From Antedon mediterranea (taxonomy: Eukaryota > Animalia > Echinodermata), in the NCBI RefSeq assembly GCF_964355755.1, contig NC_092680.1, positions 14,641,045-14,705,044 of the forward strand: 64,000 nt of DNA, in the 5' to 3' direction. The notes beneath the pieces were generated by a model. It worked only from the letters and a program-made list of their open reading frames with translations. It made no database searches and was not told the DNA's origin. Made by a program: the position numbers and the translations under genes. Every line of letters starts with the position of its first letter. The first letter of the stretch is position 1. Of this stretch, positions 1 to 13,400 are shown piece by piece.

Positions 1-376
1 ATTGAGATGAAAATACGAAAGATAAATTAAAACATCTTCAATAGAAAAGGAAGTACCTTATTTCTAGTGAGATTACACATCTTCTTTGAGTGCATCAAAA
101 CCACCTTGTCTGTGCTATGAGAATAGTTTCTTGAAACATGTCACATTTTAAGGGAGTTTGCCTATTTATCAAATGCCTCACTATAGTTATTTTAACTCCA
201 AAAGTTTGGTAGTATCATACACGATTTATCTAACTTAAAATTGAGCAATACAATCTAATTTTTGATGATAGATAAAATGTAAAACATACATTTAATTGGA
301 AATATGGAAAAATATAAGCCACCTGGTTGCAATAAATTTCATCCCACCTGACCTAATATTTTATATTGTCCCACAG

Positions 377-2966
377 TACAATAAATACCAGTCATTTGCC
401 ACCGAAGAGTGTGTACTGCAAAATGGAGGTGTATTGTGCCCCGCTCCAGGGTGCGGCTCTGCAATATTTGTAGATGAAGATATTCGAAGACTTAAATGTA
501 TACAGCATGGTGATATTGGATGTGGCGTAAGTCAAATATACACCTGATAATAATGGAAGTTATTTTATAAAAATCTTTTTCATAAACCAAACTTTATACA
601 TAAATAGACATACTTCTTTAAAATAGTTATAGTTATTGTAGTAAAGGCATGAGTGGCACACCATACTTGTTTACTGATAGACTACAGAGCTGTTCACACT
701 TTATGTACGAAATAACCTTTCTATGCTATGATAAAGTATGTCATTTATATACTCATGATATTTGTACAAATTTGTTTTCAGTTTGTTTTCTGCCGTTCTT
801 GCAGACTATCATACCATGATGGTGTTTGCACAAACAATGAAAATATACCATCACAAGTAGATGGCTACCTGGTTGACTTGGCCAGAGCCGAAAGAGCGAG
901 GTGGGACAATGCGTCCAGAACAACCATTCATGCTACTACTAAACCATGTCCTAATTGCAAAGCACCAGTTGAAAAAAATGGTTAGTATCACAGCTCCTGG
1001 CCCCTTCCTATGCACTTTTCAATTGTATGACACAATATACGACCCCCGAGAGAGGTGAATCATGGGTGCATCATCTATATATAAATTTACGTAAGGGCAA
1101 AATTTGGTAAATTGCGTGTTACTTCTAGAATTTTCAGTCGATTGTATATAGAGCGGGTTCATATGTTCGGCATTCTGATATTAACCACCTAACATAACCC
1201 TGTTCACTAATTAGGTTGAGTTAGATAATTAGTTAATGACGATTAAAACAAATTTAGGTTCAACAATTTGCCCCAAATAGGGTGTTTTTCAATCACGGTA
1301 TACACTGTCTAATGGATGGCCATCTTGAAAAATACCCGCACACAATAATTGGAGGATGCTTCGCATTACCTATCTCATTCTACGATAATTGTTTTTAATA
1401 GCTGAAAACTGATAGATGTAGATGTATGTAGTAGTGTACAAAAAATATAATTCCTTAATTGCAAGACATTGTTGTAAGAAAATATTATGAATATGAAGAT
1501 ACCACCCCATCATAAAAGAATGAGAAAGGAATTTTGCAGGCCGATACCATGCAATACAGACAATTCAAGTCTAAAGTTTAGTTTTCATTTAAAAAAAAAA
1601 ATTCTCATGATGGCAATTATATTTGGATACAGATTACATCGTGTTTGTATTCATTTGCTCTGTGTTCAATTTTACAATTTCCAGTTAATAACGCAAGGAC
1701 GTATGTTTTTATAGGAAGTATTTAGTTTTATTCGTATTTGTATTAAGGACATTTCTTTGCACCCATCCTCTTCCTCATCTCTCAACCCTAATGTTACATA
1801 CAAAACACAAATTGGGTTTGTTTAAATTTAACTCAAACATTTGAACTCATTTTGTGACAAGTTTGTCTTTCGAAAGTAATTCCTATAGTGCTAATTTTAG
1901 CTGACTACATAAATCATCTTGTCTATTTATTCATTCCTCTGTAAATGAATGAATGAATAAATGTTTTATATTCCTGCGGTATGTACATTTGAAATTGACA
2001 GTTTTTTACGTTGATATTACTATGTATTTGAGAACCATCTGTGGGCACGACCTAGATGGTACGCGAGCGTACCATTTAGTTTACAAAGTAATCCTAAGGA
2101 TAGAGCGTGTGATGAATCTTGTTTTATAAATCGTAATTATATATAATGTTATGCGACATTTATATATCGCTATTTCATGAAGATCAGAGCGCTGTGGACT
2201 TAGATGTTACCTTTTCAATAACATTCTTCTCTCCTAAGGGTCACATCGTGTCATCAGCAGCCAACTATGGCGCCATTACGTCTGTCCACGACAGTGTGTG
2301 TGTGTGTGAACTAGTACACCGGGGTATCCTCCTACTCGTCTCGAAAGTTGTACTAGGTTCTTTAAGTGCACACGAGCAATATGCATACTGGTTTATAGTC
2401 CTTATCCGAGAAGACCTGTTCTACCACTAGAACCATGGAGCGAGTGAGCCTCGAACCCTTGTCGATGTTATGACTATGGATTATGGTTCCACTGTCTTAA
2501 CCGCTCGGCCGCTCACTCGCTAATTATATAAATTGTTTATCAAGTTTCAACTGACTTTGTAAGCTATGGTGGATCTCGGAGAAGGGAGTCATAGAGGGAA
2601 CAGGGATGTAAAGTTAAAAATTGCTCTGATCAAGCTAAAAGTTGTGTAAACTAATCCTGAGGATATAGGGGGCATATGAATCTGATAAATGATGTTTTAA
2701 ACTGCATTTAAAACCGTCGTGGGGCAGGTATACTTGCTAGTATTTATAAGCTATAAGCTGTGATATTTACTGTAACTACAGTACCATTTCCTATAGACCA
2801 CCATATTCATGATTATTTTTTTCTATTTCGTGTTATAGGTGGTTGTATGCATATGCAATGTCCAAGAGTTAACTGTAGATATGGATGGTGTTGGTTGTGT
2901 GGTGTAGCTTGGAACAATGACTGCATGGCGTTACACTGGTTTGGAGAAGAACCTTTCTTTTTATGA
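377..2966 (+). CDS. PRKN: Parkin RBR E3 ubiquitin ligase, 3' part (IBR, REP, RING2); exons 377-526, 782-980, 2839-2966; 5' exons lie upstream of the window
   Basis: The spliced translation [30 protein letters not shown]|[38 protein letters not shown]|[35 protein letters not shown] closely follows the human parkin C-terminus, including the catalytic GGCMHM Cys/His and the REP Trp. Junctions are GT-AG with consistent phases (0, 1). Confidence 0.97.
1072..1280. repeat. Dispersed repeat fragment; inverted relative at ~16488-16652
   Basis: ATCTATATATAAATTTACGTAAGGGCAAAA and TTAGATAATTAGTTAATGACGATTAAAA recur, with few mismatches, as reverse complements near 16490-16650. Confidence 0.65.
2189..2518 (-). 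mobile_element. tRNA-derived SINE with Deu-like core, copy 1 (last parkin intron)
   Basis: The minus strand begins with a tRNA-like head (A box GCGGCCGAGCGGTTAA, B box GGTTCGAG), then TCTCGGATAAGGACTATAAACC...CACTTAAAGAACC...CCCCGGTGT, resembling the Deu-SINE domain. A second copy is at 34256-34579. Confidence 0.8.
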
Positions 2967-4129
2967 TCTGTCTGAAGCTGCTCACATTGCGCCTTGATTT
3001 GATCCAGCACCCTGAGGAAAAGTGTTAAGTGTGCTTTCACATCAAGCAATTTGGTGTCAATGCTCACTGCTGATTGGACAAAAGAAAAAAATTGTATGAT
3101 TCCACTATATAAAACATTAAAAATATCAATACAATACATTAAAACTATATACAGTAATAAACAAGTTTACAGAAGGAATAAAAACAACTATCTTTGAAAT
3201 GTTGAGTTGGAAACATGAATAGAGTTGTGGACAAATGATTTCCTACATCGAGTGGTATTGCACATTAAAGGACGGTTCAGTGTTTTTTCTCAGCGCTTTG
3301 GGACAATCTTTTGATTGTATAAGAGTATATATAAATCGAACAACATTACATCAGCTGATGTGTTCTTGGGTCAGTCATCAGACTAGACCCGACAATCACA
3401 TTCACAAATGACAATCTTTATTCCGGTCAGAATTATGTTAATCTGCAAGGCCAATTTACAGAGACGAGCAGTAATGAAGGGGAAGTTATTTTATAATGGT
3501 TAAACTGACAAAGAAGTTTTACATTCAGTTTTTTTTCCTAAATAATATATTTTGTTGTTTGTAAAAATATTCTTTTTCAGCAACCACAAACTATTATTTA
3601 TATATATATATATTATTATTAAACAAATTATAAATTTTAAAGAGAATCTCTACTGTAAAATGTATATTTATTCACTGAAATGATATAGATACATAGTAAT
3701 ATATTTATTAGTTGATTTATAAAAAAAACTTTTGTGTGTCTCCTCTCAAAATAATTATTTCAGTGTAGGTTAGTCCAGAGGTTATGGTAAAATATTTTTT
3801 CGTTTGCTAAATTTTAATTCACATTAGATTTAACAGAGTAGAAAGTTTAGGTTTGGTCCTACAAAAACGAAATTAGTTATTGTTATTATTAGTTATATAT
3901 AATAATATTAGTTATATTATTATTTGAGGTTTTTATGGCAAAATAAGACAATGTGTTTTTTTTTGGTAATAAATATTGTGAAATATTGTTATATTTTGTT
4001 CTTTTTTTTTAGTATAGAATTATATAGATCGTATCAACCCAAAGATTTGTTTTATACTGTAGATCTCTAATTAATAGTACTTACCTCGATGGGAACTTAA
4101 CCCATGGAAAAACAAAAACTATCTTTGGA

Positions 4130-4298
4130 TGGTTGGAAGTAAAATAGCGCCCTCTATCATGTTTCCAATGGTGAAGCCAAGCTTTCTAAAAGAAAAGTTG
4201 AGAAAGGAACAGTTTGTTGTTGTTTTCGGAAGTAAATAAATCGTTCATTTATGATGATTACAGAGTGCTAAAAGTCGTAGCCTCTACGTACAACCAAG
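4130..4298 (+). promoter_or_regulatory. Candidate promoter and non-coding first exon of the coiled-coil gene
   Basis: ETS-like GGAAGT (4135, 4228), CTCF-like AGCGCCCTCTA (4146), X-box-like GTTTCCAATGGTGAA (4161) and donor AAG|GTATTT at 4298/4299. The first coding exon (7418) starts at an acceptor, so an upstream exon is required. Confidence 0.35.
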
Positions 4299-4444
4299 GT
4301 ATTTATAATTTTATGCTAATAATAGATTACTAGTAGTAGTAGGGCCTAACTAGGCTAGTAGTAGTGATTATCGACAATCAAAGGGGCCTACCATATTTAT
4401 AGGCCAAAATACTTCGGTGGGAGAGGCGCACAAAGTGTCTGATC

Positions 4445-5010
4445 ATTTCGGCGCCAGTCATTTCGGCCGCCGGTTATGGAACGCCCAAAATCATGAAACG
4501 CCAAAAAAGACAAAATATGTATTGTTCATTTCGGTTAATAACGTATGGCACGCCTTAATTGTCAAAAAGGGTGTATACGTGCCTATCGCCTGAATGTATT
4601 ATCACACAGCCAATTTATGACTTATGGAGGGATTAGTTTACTGTTTAGTAGTTTTAACTAAAGTATTTCTACACGACTTACTTTATTTCATAGTGGTTGT
4701 TGTGGGGGGTGGGGGAGGGCCCAGGAAGAAGCCGGCGAATGATAGTAAAATATTGATAGCGCAGCTCCATGTAAATCAAAATGTATGAACTATGATCGTT
4801 TTTGTTGATTGCTTGCTGTTTGAATACGCACGTCTATTCAGGCAATAGGCACATGTATACGTACGTGCCCTTTTTGACAATTAAGGCGTTCCATACATTA
4901 ACAATTGACGATTTTTGCGGCCGAAATAAACAATACATATTTTGTCCTTTTTGGCGTTTCATGATTTTGGGCGTTCCATAACCGGCGGCCGAAATGACTG
5001 GCGGCCGATA
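4445..5010. mobile_element. Foldback/MITE-like element with ~150-bp terminal inverted repeats
   Basis: GCCAGTCATTTCGGCCGCCGGTTATGGAACGCCCAAAATCATGAAACGCC (~4453) is mirrored exactly at ~4953-5002. Inverted similarity extends over ~4448-4597 vs ~4836-5008. Confidence 0.85.
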
Positions 5011-7418
5011 TGCACTGTTAACCCATCACACTGCTGGTGTACCTGGAAGTCTTCCTACAGTACGTGCAGGTCATGTATGGCTGCATGCCAGTCACGCTCA
5101 GTTAACAGGTGGGGCGAAAGAAGAAGGTACTCGTACTGCTGTATAAAGCTACAGTATTATCTTTTCGGCGCTAGGCCTAGTTCAGTTTCACACCTGTCTT
5201 TTATTTCGACTCCAAATTTGTTAAGGAACTTTATCCTGAATACCACACCTTCGAATTAGACCTCATAACTACTTTTACGATGGAGAATCACAGAAAAAGT
5301 AACGAATAAATCCTTTAAATTGATGCATTGTAACAGACGTGTTTCTCACACACGGTTTGTGAATTTCACATACTCCATGTTCAATATTGACGTTTCAACT
5401 ATAATATGATATACTGTAGGGCTAAAAGTAAAAAGTCAGTGGAATGCGTTCAATTTCAATATATTTTGTCAATACTAACTAAAATGTTACTGTTTATACA
5501 GGTACATGGTTTTCGTTAACTTTTAAGAATAAAAATCGACAAATTCATCATAAGATGTACTGTAGGTTTATATACCTCAGTGATCTAAATAATATCTCGA
5601 GCATAGATAGTCTGGGCTCCAGACGGAGTTTTGTCTTAATATTAATTAATATTTGTCTAAATTTTGTCTATAAATATTTTTGCACATATGGCGTTTCATA
5701 CGGGTATTACTTGAGTTTGGATACTCCATCTGGGGAAACACGCACAAGTCACATGGTTTGACACCAAGAATTCTTGGTGCATAGATTATCCAGTTGACTA
5801 GTTTCATCCGCATGTGATTGGCTACTCACTCGTACGCTGTTTTAATATTCATATTTTAGAATTTCAAAGACTCACTACAACTAAGATGATGCGCATGCGC
5901 TATGTTACGTTTAGACAATGTGTGGAGATGTACACACGTGTGTACTTTTTACATGATGAAAGTTTCGGAAGGCTAGAAATGATTTTATATGCCTAGTAGT
6001 CTGGTAAACATTTTATGGGATTTTCTCCAAGAACATGAAAACTCTTCTTGATAACGATAGGCTAGCTTCTCCGCAAATCAAACATTGAATGGATTTGTTA
6101 TGCGGAGATTATTTAATTCCCACCCAAACCCTGTCCTCCTGTGTGGTAGTGTAGCTCTGTTGGTGGTATGTACCTTATTGACGTTTTATGGCAGGTCATA
6201 GGCCTACGTACGGATTGAGTGGCCTACGGAGGAGGCCTAGACAATTAATAAACAAAACAACTTGGCAATACGATTTTATATTTCAACAGTTGATCAGTCT
6301 CGATCGTACATTCAGCACTGTATTTTCAGACAAAAATCAAAACGACGGCATGTGGAAATTACATAAAAAAGACAATATACTGTACAGACTTGGAGCAAGT
6401 CTAGTCATAGACAAATTGGAAATTAATTGATTTCATAAATAGATATACCTGTCCTGGATAAAATCGGTCTGGGCAGACTGCTGCCAAATGGTACGGTCTT
6501 AAAAATATGGTGGTGATGGTGTGCAAAATTAAGGCCATAAATAAACTAAGGGGTTGTCTTTATTAATTTGATATTATTTTAATTAATCCTGTTTTCAATT
6601 TATCATTACTGTATAAGTAAAGCAAAACGCTTTTGAATGTAAACTATGTCAGGTGAAATTCTTCTAAAATGACATTCTAACCATTTTATATTTTACCATG
6701 TTTTTTAACCTTTTTTTTGATATTTTAGTATTTGTTGCATTGCATTTTATCCTATTGGTGTTTGTGGGTAACATTGTGCTTTATTTAGGCCTACATATTG
6801 TTTTATAATGGATTCCTATTACAATACTTCCTGATTGCCTCTTTGTACTGTATTTTTACCTTTGAAAGCTTCATCACTGATTGGCTGTTTCTTACGATCC
6901 TTGGGCTTACGCTTACGAAAGTTAACTTGAAGTTAACTTTCGTTATCGTTATCGCATTGTAAGAAATGTTCATCCAGAAATTCACTGGTTTCCTGTCGAA
7001 CCGCCAAATATCGACGGAACAGACGGAAGCTTCAGTCACCAGTTTCCTGTCAAACACCTGTACTACTGTACTGTATGATTTCTACTTGCGTTACGTCGTT
7101 TAGACATTTAGTTTTCTTCAATCGGTTTCCTGTCAATTTTCAATTTCTATATGATATGTGATATGTGTGCAGATTCAGGGATTTTAAGATAATAATCATT
7201 GCACTGAAATCTTAATCAAATCTTACTCATACACTACTGACTTGGTTTTACGTTGTTACCTTTTAGTCCCACAGTAGAATAGTACATAACATAAATCTCT
7301 TTATTCATCGCATAAAACAAACAAAAACAATCAAGCAATGAGTAAAAAAACACAGTAGTAAAGCGTATTCGGTAAATAATACAGTTATTTTTATTTTCAT
7401 TTTTGTTTTATTGCTAGA

Positions 7419-10400
7419 ATGAAAAGGTTAGAATCATTATCATCATCATCTGTTGCTAGGCGTCATAACCGTGGATTTTCTGAGCCAAACACAAGCATGC
7501 CCTTATATTTGCAGCAAGATGAGAGTGTATCTCGTAGGACACATCTGGATAATTTTGAGCTTATGACTTCAACACAGCTAAGGGATGAGTTAAGGGTAAG
7601 TTCTGTGAGGAATAGTTTATGCACAGAGACATTTTTTAACACATTGTATGCTTTCTAAAGGCACTATTGGAACATTTATACAAAGTATCAAGGCAAGCTG
7701 TACAGTATACAGTACCAGTGCGAATTACTGAGCCGTGACCTCGCTAACCGAGTCTGATTTTGTTTATTCTTCGCAATCAGATTCATTTTCAAACGAAAAC
7801 GGAAAATTAGGCCTGACTGAGCAGGGTCGCCTGTATTGGTTGTTGTTTAGTATAAAATACTTTTTAACATTCACAAATGATATAATTAAAAACAATTCAT
7901 CCAAAAAGCCAGTTACTGTTTCCCGAAACTGTCTAGCCATCTCTAGCCATGTATGTACTGCCATAGCGCGCAACAGCAGAGCACAAAATATTTCTCTACT
8001 CCATGACTCTGCAATATTGCAACTCAGCGCCGCTGACAAGCGGGTTGATGACATACATTAACATGGAATAAATACAACACTGTCACTAGGAATTCAGCAA
8101 AATCTGTACATACGCTAATGTAATAATGGTTTACTTTAAAAAAAAAAATGTTTTTTTTACACTATATTGTTAAATGATCACATAAGATTACAGTACACTA
8201 TTGTTTGTAGTAATTATAATAATGACTGTAATGTAATAGTTGTTTAATTAAATATAATAATATATATTGAATTAAAACGAACAGTTTGCGATTTTTAACA
8301 ACTTTTTTTTATAACTTTTATTTCTATAACTATTATTAGCAAAACAAAATAAAAATTGCATTAATTGTCAGTAAAAGACACAAAATTGGTTCAAAATAAC
8401 AAGGGCGGGTGTACTGTAGGATACCGAACAATACAAAGAGTTGGTTGACGGTTATATGGCGGACAAAGATGACTACCCAATTTTGTCAGAATTACGTAAG
8501 ACACCTGGAAAGCAACTGGCTACTGAGAAAATCACATCCTACGGTATTATTGAAACTATAAATAAAAAATAATTAAATGTTAAATTGCATTATACTGTAT
8601 TTGAATAAGGAATCCATTAATCAAAATAAAACTATACTGTAGTACTAGCTAAATATTACCTGTATGTACAGTACATATGTATAATTAAAATAAAAGTATT
8701 TTATGTATTGTTTCATTATCAATGTCAATTATCAACATTAATTTGCTAAATATAATAATTATGAACATAAATCATAATGTGTACTGTACAGTAGTAATAT
8801 ACTGTATACATACAGTAAAACATAAATAAAAAATTGAACATACTCACTGTACATGTAAAGCTCTGTCTACAGTATCAAACTTTATAAGAATGTGATGTGT
8901 CCATGATATGGACATGATGATATCATATCACGTAAACGAGCTGTAAGTGATTTGACCAAGCATGGCACAATGAATGTTCAGACCTTTTACTTGTGATTTG
9001 TTAAGTAACTTTAGCTAGCGTTGTGCCTATACAGTATGTTGTTGCAAAGTGCGAACCAAGTTTAGCCCTAAAGCCTGGTTTCCATTAAAATCGATACAGC
9101 GTTTCCATTAAAATCGCTACACGCGCAGATGTCGCCGACGCAATCGGGAAGGGTCCCCAATTCATCGCAGTCAAATCGGCAAAGTTCAACCATGTTCAAC
9201 TGAACATGAATCGTACGCGTACCAAAGAATATAGCGCTCGCGTACTAGATCCCCGATAAATTCTAGCGTTTCCATAGAATCGCTACGCTCTGTCGTGTAG
9301 CGATTTTATGGAAACCAGGCTTAAGAATAGATTACCCATTTAACTTCATTCTGTTTCATAAAACTTTGAAAACAAATGATTTTAAATTGTGCATGTTTCA
9401 CTTCTTATAGGAATTTGTTTTATAGACCTTTGCTCATAGTCTTTGTCAATAAGAATCTGTTTTTAAAATATTTTGTCAACTTTTTGTCGCCACCCAAAAA
9501 TTGTTTAGATATTTCCAGCAATTTGTCACCCACCCTAGTTTTTTTATAACTACAGCAGTATAGTGTAATCATTTGTCTCCTGATTGTTTGTAAAAGTGCT
9601 ATTGTTCCTTAAATGCATGAATGGGCCATCCCGTATTAAATCAATGAAGACGATGAAGCGTCAAATAGAATGTGACAGTAAAATAGCTTCTCATTCTTTC
9701 TGGACACTTTCAATATTGATACATATATTCAATGGACAGCACACATCGATCCTTTCTAGTCAATAGGACTCATTGATAATGAAACAGAAGAAATTGATGA
9801 CAGGAGAAATTCACACAAGTTGAGGTACAGTACTGCTTGATTATCAAGCCAAATACCCTTACACAACTTGGTCTAAAGCCGGTCTATAAATTAATAGGAT
9901 TCTAATTTTTGTAACTACTTTGCATCAGGGTGTTGAGTAATTGGTCAGATGTTTTCCCTACTCTGACGTAATTTAAATTTAATTAAAATTAGCAAGTAAC
10001 TCCAGATCACTAGCCTGGCGTTCAGACCACCGAGCTTGCACTGCTTGGGGCATCCTGTTGGTTAAGTACCCGCTGTTTCCTTTGACTCGAATCTAACCCC
10101 TACCCATTATTTCTCCATGGTATAAAGTAAAATAAAGTACATCACAGTACGGCATCTAACGAATTATAAATAAATTCTAATTTTTTGGTTTTAATTGAAG
10201 TATTTATTATACTGTAGGCCTACCGTGGTATACAGTAGTAAAAGTAAACAGTATTTATTCTTCTTTCAAATTAAACTAAATTAATCAAAGTATAAACTCA
10301 AACAACTATTAAACTACTGTTAAGGTCATAGAGTTATTTCACTATAATATTTCTAAGTTAAGGCTAATTATTAATAATAGCAAACTTTAACCCTTAAAGA

Positions 10401-13400
10401 AGTGAAGTGAAGATCTGGAAATTGTTTTAAGTATTCAAGTGGAAACATATTTTAATTATCTTCTCTTTATGAATATTTAATGATGTTTTTAAAGTAATTA
10501 TCTAAGTGCCAGAGATAACAGTTTCCAAATCAATATTTTCCCTGTCGTATTTATCATGCACCGTCACTTAATTTTGTGCATGAGCGAAGATCAAACGTGC
10601 AGAATTTCTTTGAGTTCACCAACAATTTTCTTGTCAATCTTTAGTTATTGACTAGCAATTAAAAATAAAGTGAGTCAATTACTGTTTTATAGTGCTAAAA
10701 ATCATTAACAATTTTAAATTAAAACGAATAGATTCTTAATATTATGTATTCTATATTAATTTCCTTGTGAAGCTCTTTATTCTAATCTTATGATTACATT
10801 GTATAACACTAAACGTTAGAGGAGCTAGAAATATATAAGCAACATACTGTAAATTGTTCCAATGGGTAAAAGATCAAAAAGCGGATATACAGTATGTCTA
10901 CTGTACTGTATGTCAGAAACCCATACAAATGACATACTTAATAAATCAAATTTTGTTTGGGTAGGTGAAGCGATCCATAGTATAGGCATGGAGAAATCTC
11001 CATGCCTATAGGTAATTCACATAGTAGCGGAGTGTCTATACTATTACGAAAAGGTGTGACAAATGTGGAGAAATTGAAAATCATTTTTTAGTTAAATACA
11101 GTAATATAAAATAAATAATATAATTTATTCAGAAATTTTTGAGGAAAATGCTCAGTATCTTTTTAAGTTTAACCACAGTAATATAATCATTAAATTAATA
11201 CTACTGTACATGTACAGTAGGTACGGGAGATAATCTAGTAGATTATATTTGCACATTTATAGCATAAAAATTTGATACGATTTTATCAGAAAAGAAATTA
11301 CTGTGTTACGAGTTATAGATGCTGATTTATATGGTTTTTATTCGTTTTTTATCTTGTATATAATTTATAAATAAATAGTATAATTACAGTAGGATTCTAA
11401 AATGAAAAAATAAATAAAAATGAAAAACTCACAAAGGGAAAATTGTTCTTGTGTAAAATATTTTAAAATGAGATAGATGATAATGATCATTTGTAATGAA
11501 AGTAAATATGTAAAAATGTACGATTTTTGGAAACAAAAAGATTATTTAGACCAAACGTCTTTGTATTAACTTAACTTTTTTTGTAAGTGTATAGAAAAGT
11601 ATAAGAAAATTAATTTAAAAAGGTATAAATACTAATAATATTTGAAAATTTAAAAATGTTACGGATGAAGGATGTTATGATTTTATGTAATGACATGAAA
11701 GATAATATGAAATATGAATAAAAGTGGTGTTTACGCCACAGAAGAAAAAAATTGCAATGTTTTAAACTACAGTATATTGGAAGGTTTTCATGACAAAATG
11801 AAATGTTGATATAAAGTTTGCGGTATACCTTGTGTGTTAGTTCTGGAAAAAACGATTGAGTTTCTCGATGTTCCGATCAATATGCTTTGATCGTCCTCAG
11901 GAGTGAGAATTTTGAATCCATTGATGTTGTCCCAGATATTATCTACAAATTCCTTGAACTGGTGTTACTTTTTTAAATACGGTATTCACTTAGGCCTCTT
12001 TTATCTGAAATACCTACTGTAGTGTAGAGACTAACAATCCAACCCAACTGGTGGAAAACAAAGATATGAATTCTGTACAGTACATTCAGTGCAGAATGCA
12101 GGTAGTATTTTGTTGAAAATATGACAACATTTGTCTACAAAATGTTAAAATTCGTCTACAGTACAAAATGACAAGTTCACCTTTTTTCACTATTTTCTAT
12201 ATATAATTCTATTTTGAAAAAGTGTGTATTCATCATTCATCATGTATTTATCATTCATCATGTATTTATGGTTCTGCACGTTGATGCACCAATTATTTCC
12301 TCATTGACCAAAGTTTTTAAATGTGATATAATTATTTAATTCAACAGAGAGAAAAGCTAAAGAGAAGAGAGACAGAGGCTGAATTGGATTCAATGAAGCA
12401 TCCAATTGGAGTTGGTTACACTAGCCCAATCCCACGCCATGTAGACCTCTTGCATACCAGCTTAGATTCAGATAGTGGAATAAGGTAACTGCAGTGTACT
12501 GTAAGCAGATATCTTCTGGAATCTTATTAATATAAAATCTTATTTCAATCCTATCGCCCTACAATATGGTTTGGGCACAAACAATTTGTTGCACTGTAGT
12601 ATTTTTATTTACTCAGGGTGACAGTTCCATATTGGTTTTTTTTCCTAAGAAGTCAAGGAAGCAAATTTGACTGCTACAGTGCTTACCCTAACAGGAAAAC
12701 ACAACATCCACATTCAGAATTTCGTCTGTGCATGTACAAATTTGGAATTCATCAAAATTATCCATGATTTTCAAATACTTTACTTTTCTTTACACAACTT
12801 TAGTCATCTTGGACTGTATACAGTACTTATTATGTTATGATGATTAATTGTAAATTAACAACACTTTTGATTGGTCAGTGTGTAAAGCTCTGTCTACACT
12901 GTCAAACTTTTTGTGACAAAAAATGTGATGTGCCCATGGGCATGATGATGTAATATCACTACCATATTTTGGACACAACACACTTATTTTTGTCAAACTA
13001 GTTTGATAGTGTAGACAGAGCTTAAGGATCTAGCTATGAAATATTTTATTTTCAGCCACAGCTTCTCTACCAGAACAAAGTCACCAGGTGGATACAGCCC
13101 TCTTCTGATGATGTCTAAAGGAGATATAGTTCCCCGAACACCTCCTAAGCTTGATGGTCTTTCACTTAAAAATATGAAAGATGCCATGTTTGAGAGTGAG
13201 AAAAGGAGAGTTTCGCTGATGGAGAAACTTAGAGATGCTCAGGAGACTTTGCAGGTAGGAAAAGTGTCTTGAACAACAAACAAGAAAGGAGTAAGGACAG
13301 TCTGAACAGGGCCTAAAACAATTATGATCAGATACCATTATGTGTCAGTTTAAACCCCTGGATATAATTGTGATGGAGGTGGGTTGGATATCCAAAATTC

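Noticed and set aside
2430-2518. Possible tRNA gene (A and B boxes on the minus strand)
   Set aside because: It is the head of a SINE repeated at 34256-34579, and no clean cloverleaf was seen.
7716-8850. Possible CAGTG...CACTG element and overlapping ORFs at 7735-8061
   Set aside because: Terminal similarity is only ~5 bp with no clear TSD; the ORFs lack recognisable motifs or splice support.
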